Positions 1 through 8,535 of a stretch of 64,000 nucleotides of DNA are shown one piece after another. Under the pieces are notes generated by a model, which did no database searches, had not been told where the DNA came from, and worked only from the letters and a program-made list of their open reading frames with translations. The DNA lies in IMG/VR virus record IMGVR_UViG_3300034418_007369, positions 16,292 through 80,291 of that record; one strand, written 5' to 3'. Position numbers and translations under genes: made by a program. This stretch comes from a virus. The number at the start of each line of letters is the position of its first letter. Position 1 is the first letter of the stretch.

Positions 1-840
1 GAAGAAGTAGAAGGCGAAGAGACAATAGAATGGGATGTCGCTGCCGAACGACCCGGATTGTGGGAGAATATTCGCAGAAAGAAAGAGCGCGAGGGCAAGA
101 ATTACAAGCCAGCCAAGACCGTAGAAGAGGGTAGACCAACCCAAGACCAGCTAAAGCGAGCGCAGTCTGAGTATGAGGCTTACGCAGATCACGCAGAAGC
201 AGACAAGCCGAGCAAAGATGATCCACGCAGAACGCCCGCGCCCAAAAAAGATCAGAAGAAAGGTTCTGATAAAAACAAACCAGACAGCGCGAAAAATCCA
301 AGCGGCAAAATCACTTTCAGTAAAGAGGTGACTGCCCAACTTTCTGCAAAAGTAAAAGAACACAACGCAAAAGGCAAAGGCTCTAAGGCAACTTTGGGTA
401 TGCTCAAAGCCGTATATCGTCGTGGAGCTGGCGCTTATTCGACGAGCCATGCTCCAAAAATGAGTCGTCATGGATGGGCTATCGCAAGAGTTAATGCCTT
501 CTTAACATTACTTAGAACCGGAAAACCCTCAAACTCGAACTACACCACTGATAACGATTTGCTGCCTAAAGGACATCCTAGAAAATCCAAGGCCGCAGAG
601 TATCAGGGACGTAAGGTTACTCTAAACAAGCCGTTCCGAACTCCAGATGGGCCAAAAAAGTTCGCAGTTTACACCAAAAATGGAAGCGGTAAGGTTGTTA
701 TCGTGCGCTTTGGAGACCCAAACATGGAAATCAAGAAAGACAATCCAGCACGACGAAAGAGCTTTAGAGCGAGACATAAGTGCGATACAGCTCCCGGCCC
801 GAAGTGGAAAGCTAGATATTGGTCTTGCAAAAAATGGTAG
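1..840 (+). CDS. basic modular phage protein, 5' end truncated by the window (possible internal head polyprotein)
   Basis: Frame 1 is open from base 1 (EEVEGEETIEWDVAAERPGLWENI...). It contains modules I recognise from marine phages and giant viruses: LKAVYRRGAGAY...WAIARVNAFL and AEYQGRKVTLNKP...FGDPNM...RKSFRARHKCD...ARYWSCKKW. Confidence 0.7.
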   Translation, partial: EEVEGEETIEWDVAAERPGLWENIRRKKEREGKNYKPAKTVEEGRPTQDQLKRAQSEYEAYADHAEADKPSKDDPRRTPAPKKDQKKGSDKNKPDSAKNPSGKITFSKEVTAQLSAKVKEHNAKGKGSKATLGMLKAVYRRGAGAYSTSHAPKMSRHGWAIARVNAFLTLLRTGKPSNSNYTTDNDLLPKGHPRKSKAAEYQGRKVTLNKPFRTPDGPKKFAVYTKNGSGKVVIVRFGDPNMEIKKDNPARRKSFRARHKCDTAPGPKWKARYWSCKKW

Positions 841-850
841 GAGATATACA

Positions 851-1147
851 ATGATACGGGGTGTAAAAGCTGGTAAAATTTACAGAGTCGAAAATAAAGA
901 TAAGCATGGAGCAGCAAACGATCACTATAATATGGTGATAATTGAGTGCAGTGATGGCTCTATTGATGAAATATTATTGACTGATTCTGAAGTAATAAAA
1001 GGATTAGAAAGAACCAAAAGAAATAGAGAGGATATACCAAAATACTCTTTAGATTCAGATTGCTGTGCTTACTGGTATGGGCTAATCATTATCTCGGCCA
1101 TATCTAGTGCTTTAGGATACTTTATCAGAGATTTAAATTTATTTTAA
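851..1147 (+). CDS. hypothetical protein with C-terminal transmembrane helix
   Basis: AGGAG RBS at 839-843 before ATG 851; hydrophobic C-terminus YWYGLIIISAISSALGYFI. Confidence 0.7.
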   Translation: MIRGVKAGKIYRVENKDKHGAANDHYNMVIIECSDGSIDEILLTDSEVIKGLERTKRNREDIPKYSLDSDCCAYWYGLIIISAISSALGYFIRDLNLF

Positions 1148-1163
1148 AACGATAGGACGATTG

Positions 1164-2228
1164 ATGATTAATTTGCAGACTCCAATTAATTCGCTTGGAT
1201 ATGGTGTCGCCGGATATAATATATTAAAAGAGCTTTTTGCTAGAGATGATTCAGTTGCTTTATATCCAATAGGAAAACCGGATCAAACGGATGACTTTAT
1301 AGCTAAAGCCATAAGCAATATATCAAACTTAAAATTAAACAGGTCGCACGTTAAAATATGGCATCAACATGACCTCTTTCAAAGAGTCGGCAACGGTAAG
1401 CATTTTGGATTTCCTATCTTCGAGTTAACCGAGTTCGACCAAAGAGAAAAAGTAAGCCTTCATCATTGTGACGAGCTATTGGTCTGTTCTAAATGGGCTT
1501 CTGAAATCGTCGATAACCAGACAGGAATCAAAGCCAGTGTTGTTCCGCTTGGTGTAGACACTAAAATATTCTATCCTAACAGCCAGTATCAGGTGCATAA
1601 TCCTTATAAAACAATCTTTTTTAATTGTGGGAAATGGGAAAAAAGAAAAGGTCATGATATTTTAGGGGAATGTTTCAATAAGGCTTTCACAAAATACGAT
1701 AATGTAGAACTGTGGATGATGTGCGACAATCCATTTTTAAAGCCAGAACAAAAAGAGTATTGGGAAAAACTTTACAAAACGTCGGGACTTGGCGATAAGA
1801 TCCGACTAATCCCTAGACAGCAACGGCATGAGGATGTTGCTAGGCTTATGAATATGGCTGACTGTGGAGTGTTTCCTGCGCGAGCAGAGGGGTGGAACCT
1901 TGAGTTGCTTGAGATGATGGCGTGCGGTAAACACGTTATAACCACCAACTACTCAGCTCATACAGAGTTCTGCTCCCCCGTAAATTCACGACTCATAAAC
2001 ATAGAAAACTTGGAAACAGCTTTTGACGGGGTGTTTTTTGATGGTAAAAAAGGACTTTGGGCAGAATTGTCTTGCGATCAAGAGAATGTCGTGATAGAAT
2101 ATATGAGAGATGTCCACAGGCTAAAACAAGGCGGGCAGCTCATGGTTAATAATAATGGAATAGAAACGGCTAATAAATTTTCTTGGAAGAACACTGTTGA
2201 TAAGCTATTGGAGGCTATAAATGAATAA
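1164..2228 (+). CDS. glycosyltransferase family 4 (GT-B)
   Basis: N-terminal GYG motif, GKWEKRKG, and PARAEGWNLELLEMMACG (E-x7-E signature). Confidence 0.9.
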   Translation: MINLQTPINSLGYGVAGYNILKELFARDDSVALYPIGKPDQTDDFIAKAISNISNLKLNRSHVKIWHQHDLFQRVGNGKHFGFPIFELTEFDQREKVSLHHCDELLVCSKWASEIVDNQTGIKASVVPLGVDTKIFYPNSQYQVHNPYKTIFFNCGKWEKRKGHDILGECFNKAFTKYDNVELWMMCDNPFLKPEQKEYWEKLYKTSGLGDKIRLIPRQQRHEDVARLMNMADCGVFPARAEGWNLELLEMMACGKHVITTNYSAHTEFCSPVNSRLINIENLETAFDGVFFDGKKGLWAELSCDQENVVIEYMRDVHRLKQGGQLMVNNNGIETANKFSWKNTVDKLLEAINE

Positions 2229-2451
2229 AAAAAATCAGTTGCTAAATGCGGCAGAATCACACTATAGGTCGTTATTAGATAGATATACACTATCAATTTC
2301 TAACATTGTTGAGCGAGGCGAAGCGTCTGGAGATAAAGATCTCGATCAACTAATTGACAACATCCAAAAATATACTAATATACTATCTCAGTATAATTTT
2401 ATACAAAGACTTAAAGCACAATCTCCTAAAGAAGAAGAAAATGCTAACTAA
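2221..2451 (+). CDS. hypothetical protein
   Basis: GGAGG RBS; overlaps neighbouring genes in operon fashion. Confidence 0.65.
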   Translation: MNKKNQLLNAAESHYRSLLDRYTLSISNIVERGEASGDKDLDQLIDNIQKYTNILSQYNFIQRLKAQSPKEEENAN

Positions 2452-2836
2452 ACTGACTATAATTTTTGCAAAAATAGAGAAAAAGAGACAGATATTTTCT
2501 GATGAATATTTCATGCTTTTTTTAAATAAAGAAAATAAGTTACCTTCGGAAACGGTAACGCAGTCGGGAATAAGCGCCTGCATGGATAAAATTTTCGGAA
2601 AATATTTTAAAATAGATAAGCACTGGCCTAATATAAAATTATCTGATGCTAGGGTTTATTTAGATTCTGGAAAATTAACGACAGAGCTGGTTTATACATG
2701 CTTTATACCCTCTGTTTGGTCGATAGAAAAAACCGGCGGTTTTTATACGAGGAAAACAATTAACGACTTATCAATAAAAATTGATCCGTTTTTACTGGAC
2801 GTTATATCTAAGCAGTCTGCTTCTGTGTATAGATAG
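2441..2836 (+). CDS. hypothetical protein
   Basis: ATG 2441 overlaps the upstream gene end; fills the operon. Confidence 0.6.
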   Translation: MLTKLTIIFAKIEKKRQIFSDEYFMLFLNKENKLPSETVTQSGISACMDKIFGKYFKIDKHWPNIKLSDARVYLDSGKLTTELVYTCFIPSVWSIEKTGGFYTRKTINDLSIKIDPFLLDVISKQSASVYR

Positions 2837-2863
2837 GTATAGCTTTATAAATGAGGTGTTGTT

Positions 2864-3181
2864 TTGGAAGAAGATCAAGCTGCCTGTATAGTAATAGAAT
2901 GCTCCGCTGACGGAGAATTGTCATTTTCCTGTGATTGGATTGGAGCGGAAGATGGTATAACTTCTATGGCGACCATCCTTATGGCTTTAGATAATCAATC
3001 TTTAAGCGAAAAAATATTAGAAAACTTAAAAAGTTTACATAAAGAATCGCAAGGCGAACAGGATCAGGTATTAAAAATAGATGCTTTTTATCGAGCTATT
3101 AAAAAATTAGCAGATCATAGAAATCAGTATGAAGATGAAGATGTTGTCGTATATCCACTAGACGTTTCCTCGTTAATGTAG
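2864..3181 (+). CDS. hypothetical acidic protein
   Basis: GAGGTG RBS before a TTG start. Confidence 0.6.
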   Translation: MEEDQAACIVIECSADGELSFSCDWIGAEDGITSMATILMALDNQSLSEKILENLKSLHKESQGEQDQVLKIDAFYRAIKKLADHRNQYEDEDVVVYPLDVSSLM

Positions 3182-3188
3182 GATTATA

Positions 3189-3833
3189 ATGAAAACAAAA
3201 AAGAAGATATCTTGGGAAAGCTGGAACGCAAAAGTTGTAGAGTACTTGTCCCAAGATGAAGAAAAAGAAGCGGCTATTCAAGATGTCGAATTGTCTGAAT
3301 CGGAAAGCCAATTTTTTTTTCCGGTTCCACAAAGTAACGTACTCTACACTCCAATGGGGGCTTATCCTGAAGAATCAATGCTAAAACCATCGGACAGATG
3401 GGACTGCTGGACAGCCTCTACTAACTTTCCTATAACTAAAAAAATTGTAAACATACTAAATGAAGAGATTGATGGTGTCGAAGCTTTGAAAATCATGGGT
3501 AAATATTCATTTTTTATTGGTGTGGCTCAGATGTTTGACATAAGAGACGTGCGAAAACAAATAGATGAAAAAATTTGCTCTTATACCGAGAACGAGATAT
3601 TTGAGAATAATGAAATACAAGAAACTGTGAATTTATTAAAAAACCAGTTGAAAGATAATAATTTCTGGTCTATACTAGTATACCCAGAAGGTATGGTTGA
3701 ATATGTTGTTGCTAACGAAATTAATGCTGAATATCTTGACGCCTTGAGTTCGTTAATAGAAAAGAAAAATAACTTTGGTGGAATAATTTTGAGGAGTGAT
3801 AATGGACAGCAGAATGAACGAGCTTATGAGTGA
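3189..3833 (+). CDS. hypothetical protein
   Basis: 214-aa ORF with AGGA RBS, immediately upstream of the sigma factor. Confidence 0.7.
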   Translation: MKTKKKISWESWNAKVVEYLSQDEEKEAAIQDVELSESESQFFFPVPQSNVLYTPMGAYPEESMLKPSDRWDCWTASTNFPITKKIVNILNEEIDGVEALKIMGKYSFFIGVAQMFDIRDVRKQIDEKICSYTENEIFENNEIQETVNLLKNQLKDNNFWSILVYPEGMVEYVVANEINAEYLDALSSLIEKKNNFGGIILRSDNGQQNERAYE

Positions 3834-4263
3834 TCCTAATGTAGTAGGAATTATGAACGCGGTTGGCGCTAGATATAGGTCTATTGACCCAGATCAACTA
3901 GACTCAATTAAATTAAATACGCTTTGGGAGTGCGCCAAGAAATATGATCCCAAAAGAGGCACTAAATTTACTTCGTTTTTATATCAAAATCTAGTGTTCG
4001 CGTTTAAGAACGAGCTAAAAAAGAGAATCAGAGAGTTTCCAACGGAAACTATTGAGGCTAATACCCCGTCTAGAGCGTCTAGTCTTACGGACATTTTTGA
4101 TGGTATGCCAAAAGAATATGCATCGCTACTAGAACAGAAGTATGTATACAATATGACCATGAATGAAATCGGCAATCAAAATGGTTATAGTCGAGAAACG
4201 GCCAGAAGAAAAGTGGCGAAAGCGGTTAAATTTTATAAAAACAATAACAAGATTGAAATCTGA
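3802..4263 (+). CDS. phage RNA polymerase sigma-70 family factor (regions 2 and 4 only)
   Basis: LWECAKKYDPKRGTKFTSFLY (region 2) and YVYNMTMNEIGNQNGYSRETARR (region 4 HTH); GAGGAG RBS. Confidence 0.85.
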   Translation: MDSRMNELMSDPNVVGIMNAVGARYRSIDPDQLDSIKLNTLWECAKKYDPKRGTKFTSFLYQNLVFAFKNELKKRIREFPTETIEANTPSRASSLTDIFDGMPKEYASLLEQKYVYNMTMNEIGNQNGYSRETARRKVAKAVKFYKNNNKIEI

Positions 4264-4274
4264 ATTGTGTATAT
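4264..4274 (+). promoter_or_regulatory. candidate phage late promoter motif ATTGTGTATAT
   Basis: Intergenic, upstream of the putative structural gene at 4351; the identical 11-mer lies upstream of the structural gene starting at 49168 (-). Confidence 0.5.
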
Positions 4275-4350
4275 CAATCTAGGAACTGGACCTTATATCG
4301 GATTTGGAAAATTGTAGTTTATTTCATCACTTTTACATGGAGAACTTATA

Positions 4351-5019
4351 ATGGCAGTTCCTAGTAGCAATAGCCACCTAGTCAATACTACTGGTGGATC
4401 GTTTTCGGCCCAATCTCAGGGCGGAACAATTCTTGGAAACATCACCACTGGCGGTGTTATCACTAGAGCTTCGTCACTCAAAGACAACGCTTCTGATTTC
4501 GGCAAGACTCCGGGGCCAGTAGAAGCAGCAAACGGCCTTGTTGCAAATACCAAGGCTTTGAGCGGCGGAACTTTCGCATATAGTTCGGCTGGCAACTATG
4601 TCATCCGTACAATTAGCACTACTCTTTCTGGCGTGGCTGGCACGAAAATGTTGATTCCGGGATCGGATTCCAACACTCGTCGCTCGATTCATCAGTTTGA
4701 ACACTCCTTTGGTGCTAAGACTTTGACCAAGTTTAGAGCTGGTCAGTACACCTTGACCGGAACCAAGGCAAACGGTTCGTCAAACCTCTCCAGACTAATC
4801 TGGTTGAACGCTGGCGGAACCGCTGCTCAGGCTCCAGTAGCATTGAACGAAAACATGCACGACATCGCGGATGGTGATGAAGCGGATAGAGCAGCAGACA
4901 GCGCTGCAAATCCAAGCAGAGCTATTCCGGGCGAATTGGTTATGAAAGTTGACTTCGTTACCACCAATGTAGCTTCTGGTGGCGACTTCTTCGATTACAA
5001 GCCAATCACTGGTAAGTAA
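4351..5019 (+). CDS. putative virion structural protein (G/S/A/T-rich)
   Basis: GGAG RBS; composition typical of virion proteins; has its own candidate promoter and terminator. Confidence 0.55.
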   Translation: MAVPSSNSHLVNTTGGSFSAQSQGGTILGNITTGGVITRASSLKDNASDFGKTPGPVEAANGLVANTKALSGGTFAYSSAGNYVIRTISTTLSGVAGTKMLIPGSDSNTRRSIHQFEHSFGAKTLTKFRAGQYTLTGTKANGSSNLSRLIWLNAGGTAAQAPVALNENMHDIADGDEADRAADSAANPSRAIPGELVMKVDFVTTNVASGGDFFDYKPITGK

Positions 5020-5045
5020 TTTATTATTTTATAAATAATTATTCT

Positions 5046-5079
5046 GGGGTTGGCGGCAATCGTTGCCAGCCCCTTTTTT
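5046..5079 (+). terminator. Rho-independent terminator
   Basis: GC-rich hairpin GGGGTTGGCGGCAATCGTTGCCAGCCCC followed by T6, downstream of the 4351-5019 gene. Confidence 0.85.
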
Positions 5080-5093
5080 CGCCAAGGTGTGAA

Positions 5094-5648
5094 ATGAGCA
5101 TTACCGATATATTAATTATGATAATTGAGGTTGTTATTATACCATTTTGCGTTTGGCTTGCGGCTCTTTTTTGGAAAAAAATTATAAAACCCGTGGCTAA
5201 AATGGTCAAGGGGCATGATTATTTAGTGTGTAGCATTAAAGAAATAAAACACGAACTAACTACCAATGGTGGATCGTCTATAAAAGATGCTATCAACAGA
5301 ATAGAAAGCAGGCAAATAACAGTAGACCATAGATCAAAAGCTATATTTTACAACTTTGAGCAGCCAATTTTTGAGATAAGTAGCACAGGAGATTTTCTTT
5401 GGTCAAATGAAAAATTCAAAGAGGCAACAGACCACAAAGAATTTAAAGGACTTGACTGGGTTAATATTGTAGATGAGCCAGAAAGACATCATGTGTTACA
5501 TGAGTTTGAATCTTGCTCAAAGGGCAACAGAGAAATAAAAATAAAAACTGTATCAATGGACGGTACATCTATATGTTTACACGGTTTCCCATATAGGGGA
5601 GAAAAGAAAAATCACGGTTTTTTAGTTTATTTAAAAATAGGAGAATGA
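5094..5648 (+). CDS. membrane-anchored PAS-domain protein
   Basis: N-terminal TM helix, coiled segment LTTNGGSSIKDAINRIE, then PAS pattern PIFEISSTGDFLWSNEKF...GLDWVNIVDEPERHHV. Confidence 0.7.
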   Translation: MSITDILIMIIEVVIIPFCVWLAALFWKKIIKPVAKMVKGHDYLVCSIKEIKHELTTNGGSSIKDAINRIESRQITVDHRSKAIFYNFEQPIFEISSTGDFLWSNEKFKEATDHKEFKGLDWVNIVDEPERHHVLHEFESCSKGNREIKIKTVSMDGTSICLHGFPYRGEKKNHGFLVYLKIGE

Positions 5649-5649
5649 A

Positions 5650-5859
5650 ATGGGTTCAGCTAAATTCAAATTGAACTGGTCTGACATTATCGGTGTTGGC
5701 AAAAATGCGGCTCTTGTTGGTGGCGCTGCCGCGCTTACCGTTGTTGCACAGAGTCTTGGGACTATCGACCTTGGAACATATGGCCCTCTTGTAGTTCCGA
5801 TTATCGCAGTAGGTCTTGATACTGCAATTAAATGGATGAAAAATAACGCAGCAGAATAG
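5650..5859 (+). CDS. small 2-TM membrane protein, holin-like
   Basis: 69 aa with two hydrophobic segments and a short charged C-terminus; GGAG RBS. Confidence 0.5.
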   Translation: MGSAKFKLNWSDIIGVGKNAALVGGAAALTVVAQSLGTIDLGTYGPLVVPIIAVGLDTAIKWMKNNAAE

Positions 5860-5868
5860 GACTATATC

Positions 5869-6792
5869 ATGGATTTTAAAACGCCACGCGAGCTTTTAAA
5901 CGCTTATCGTGAAGGATTTAAAGGCGCAGAGTGTGACAAAAAAGAAGTCGCAAAACTGCTTGGCGAGCTTAAAAATCCACTATTCGGAGCTGCCGCATAC
6001 CAATTATGGGGAGATGGAGAAGGGAAACTCTCTCTCCCGTTTAAATCTCTGTTAAAGTTCGACCCAAGTTTTGGGCCATCAGAACGTCAAACAACTGGCG
6101 ACTGCGTATCTCACGCCACTAGAAACGCTATAGACGTAACAAGAAGCGTAGAGATAGATATAAAGGGAGACATGGAGCAGTTTGTTGCCAGAGGTGCAAC
6201 AGAGGCCATCTACCAAAGCAGAGGACACAAAAAGCAAGGCATGATGTGTTCTACTGCTGCAAAATATGTTCATGAGCATGGGGGTATTGTATTAAGAAAA
6301 GATTACGGTATTGTCGATCTATCTAAATATGATTCAAGCCTTGGCGCTAAACATAAAATCCCTTTTGATATTTATACAAAAGAAGCAAGAAAGCACCAAG
6401 TTAAAACCATATCTTTAATCACAACTATACAGGAAGCGCGAGATGCGCTTGCTAATGGTTACGGTATCTCTGTCTGTTCTAGTTACGGCTTTTCTTCAAA
6501 GAGAGATAAATATGGAATAGCTAAACGTAGTGGTGGCTGGTCACATGCTATGGCTTGGATCGCCTGCGATGATACAGACGAAAGATACAAAGAGTCATTG
6601 TTTCTAGTACAGAATAGTTGGGGTAAATGGAATAGTGGCCCAAAATTCCATGAGCAGCCAGATGGTAGCTTTTGGATTAGAGAAAAAGACGCAAGAGGCA
6701 TGTTGGCTCAAAAGGGAGCTTGGGTGTTTAGCGATGTAGATGGATTTCCAGCAAGAGAACTACCGGATTACGGAACTACAAAATTTTTATAG
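5869..6792 (+). CDS. papain-family (C1A) cysteine peptidase
   Basis: QTTGDCVSH (oxyanion Gln and catalytic Cys), WSHAM (His), LVQNSWGKW (Asn). Confidence 0.88.
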   Translation: MDFKTPRELLNAYREGFKGAECDKKEVAKLLGELKNPLFGAAAYQLWGDGEGKLSLPFKSLLKFDPSFGPSERQTTGDCVSHATRNAIDVTRSVEIDIKGDMEQFVARGATEAIYQSRGHKKQGMMCSTAAKYVHEHGGIVLRKDYGIVDLSKYDSSLGAKHKIPFDIYTKEARKHQVKTISLITTIQEARDALANGYGISVCSSYGFSSKRDKYGIAKRSGGWSHAMAWIACDDTDERYKESLFLVQNSWGKWNSGPKFHEQPDGSFWIREKDARGMLAQKGAWVFSDVDGFPARELPDYGTTKFL

Positions 6793-6801
6793 GATAGAAA
6801 G

Positions 6802-7254
6802 ATGAAATATCTATCAACTTTGATTGTGCTTGTTTTATTTGTCGGATGCGCAGAAACAAAAAATAGTGAGTGGCAAAGCAACCCAGAATACAGAGCCTAT
6901 ATTGCAACAAGACTTGCCGATGCTATAATAGAGTATAACGTCATCACAGAAGAAGTTGTTGAAGAGGGCTGTGATGGTTCTGGCTGGATAACACAGGGGG
7001 ATGGACATAAAACGGAGTGTCCCGGATGCGATGCCTGTAAATCTGCTGGCGACATACCACAAATAGAATGGTCAACAGATACGCTACTAGACATTCCACA
7101 AATATTAGAAGAATTTAAAATTCCGATTGAGGAAGAGCCTGAGCCTGAAGTCATCATAGAACCAGAGCCAACACAAGAAATAATAGTCGAAGAAAAACCA
7201 ATAATTCAAACTAATCAAGATAGGTCAAGAGGACTATTTAGGAGACGTAGGTAA
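6802..7254 (+). CDS. putative lipoprotein with small Cys cluster and E/P-rich tail
   Basis: Signal peptide ending in lipobox-like LFVG-C; CDGSGWITQGDGHKTECPGCDAC; C-terminal RGLFRRRR. Confidence 0.6.
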   Translation: MKYLSTLIVLVLFVGCAETKNSEWQSNPEYRAYIATRLADAIIEYNVITEEVVEEGCDGSGWITQGDGHKTECPGCDACKSAGDIPQIEWSTDTLLDIPQILEEFKIPIEEEPEPEVIIEPEPTQEIIVEEKPIIQTNQDRSRGLFRRRR

Positions 7255-7583
7255 TGAGTATAGAAAATTTAGCAGAAAGAATATCAGAGAGCGCCCAGAA
7301 AAAAGATGGAAATTACGGTATTGACCCTATCACTATTAGTATTATAATATCTATCGTTACAAACCTAATAAAACTATGGTGGGCTTGTAAAGATAAACAA
7401 AGCATTAAAGGAGAACTACAAAATCCGTCTCTTATTTTTAAGGTCTTGTTAAAAAGAGAGATACGAAAACGCGCGCGAAGAGAAGATAGGACTGCACTCT
7501 ATGGGGCATTTTTAGATGTTGTTCCGGCGCTAACCGAACAGGAAATTAATGAAATTATAAAACAAATTGGAGAACAGGAATGA
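7254..7583 (+). CDS. hypothetical membrane-associated protein
   Basis: Hydrophobic IDPITISIIISIVTNLIKLWWAC; TAATG translational coupling. Confidence 0.65.
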   Translation: MSIENLAERISESAQKKDGNYGIDPITISIIISIVTNLIKLWWACKDKQSIKGELQNPSLIFKVLLKREIRKRARREDRTALYGAFLDVVPALTEQEINEIIKQIGEQE

Positions 7584-7855
7584 GTGAATTATTTAGTGCG
7601 TTGAGTGTATTTCAGTGGTTCATGCTTGGCATTGGGGCGTTTTTGATTGGGCCAGTTTTATTTAGCAAAATCTTAGATAGATATGTACATGGAAAGCCAG
7701 AGCCTCCACCTCTTCCGGGTGACGAGAGCCTCACTGACGTTGTAGAGTGCTGGGAAAATCTTAAAAAATTATGCAAGAGGCATGGATTAGCCGAGGCCGA
7801 ACAAGAAGTCCACAAAGTCTTTCCTCTTTTTGCAAAATCAAAGGATGTGCTATGA
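7580..7855 (+). CDS. hypothetical membrane protein
   Basis: N-terminal TM helix, Pro-rich linker; ATGA overlap. Confidence 0.65.
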   Translation: MSELFSALSVFQWFMLGIGAFLIGPVLFSKILDRYVHGKPEPPPLPGDESLTDVVECWENLKKLCKRHGLAEAEQEVHKVFPLFAKSKDVL

Positions 7856-8319
7856 GTGATAACCTTAGAATATTCTTAGCTTTAGTAGTTATTGTGGTTG
7901 GACTTTTTGGGGAAAAAGCTGCCGAATTTGTGAAAGATAACGTTGAAATTGTCGATGAGTCTGTGTATACTATCACTGAACCATCTTTGGAAAACAAAGA
8001 GCTTGTCAAGCCAATTACTGAGATTGAAATCTCCCCAGAAGATGCAAAACTAATTTCTTCATTTTATCTGGAATTAGCTGATGTAATTGACAAAGATGAT
8101 ACTATAATAGATTCTACAGGACAGTTTAGAAACCTAAACACTTTTGCCGGAGTGTTGCACTTTGATACATCTCTGTTAGGAAAATACGACTCTCTTGGAG
8201 AAAACATAGACTCGGCTATTGTTAATACTATTGGAAAACAGGACGCGCCTATGGATGACGACAAAAGAGATGACTTGATCGAAATACTAAATGCGGTAGC
8301 TTGGAGTGTCACCCAATGA
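7852..8319 (+). CDS. hypothetical protein with N-terminal membrane anchor
   Basis: ATG 7852 in an ATGA overlap; LRIFLALVVIVVGLF anchor followed by an acidic helical domain. Confidence 0.65.
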   Translation: MSDNLRIFLALVVIVVGLFGEKAAEFVKDNVEIVDESVYTITEPSLENKELVKPITEIEISPEDAKLISSFYLELADVIDKDDTIIDSTGQFRNLNTFAGVLHFDTSLLGKYDSLGENIDSAIVNTIGKQDAPMDDDKRDDLIEILNAVAWSVTQ

Positions 8320-8501
8320 TTATCAACAAAATTTTAGATGTCCTTCTTGACAAATATGACATTGAAAAAGAAGATGTTGATAAAGTCAAAAAGATTTTAG
8401 ATAAGGTGAGCTTTACAAAAAGAGATGGCAAAGATATAATGGTCATCAGTATAGGCGAAGGAATTGAGCTGTCTATAGTTCAGAAAAAAGAAGAAAAATA
8501 A
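8316..8501 (+). CDS. hypothetical protein
   Basis: GGAG RBS; ATGA overlap. Confidence 0.6.
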   Translation: MIINKILDVLLDKYDIEKEDVDKVKKILDKVSFTKRDGKDIMVISIGEGIELSIVQKKEEK

Positions 8502-8535
8502 ATTAATTTAGTTTTACAATCATGAGGAATATTTA

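Noticed and set aside
647-850. Long 5' extensions given in the ORF track (also 7771, 17485, 44962, 50577)
   Set aside because: They overlap upstream genes extensively; downstream ATGs with an RBS or translational coupling are more plausible starts.
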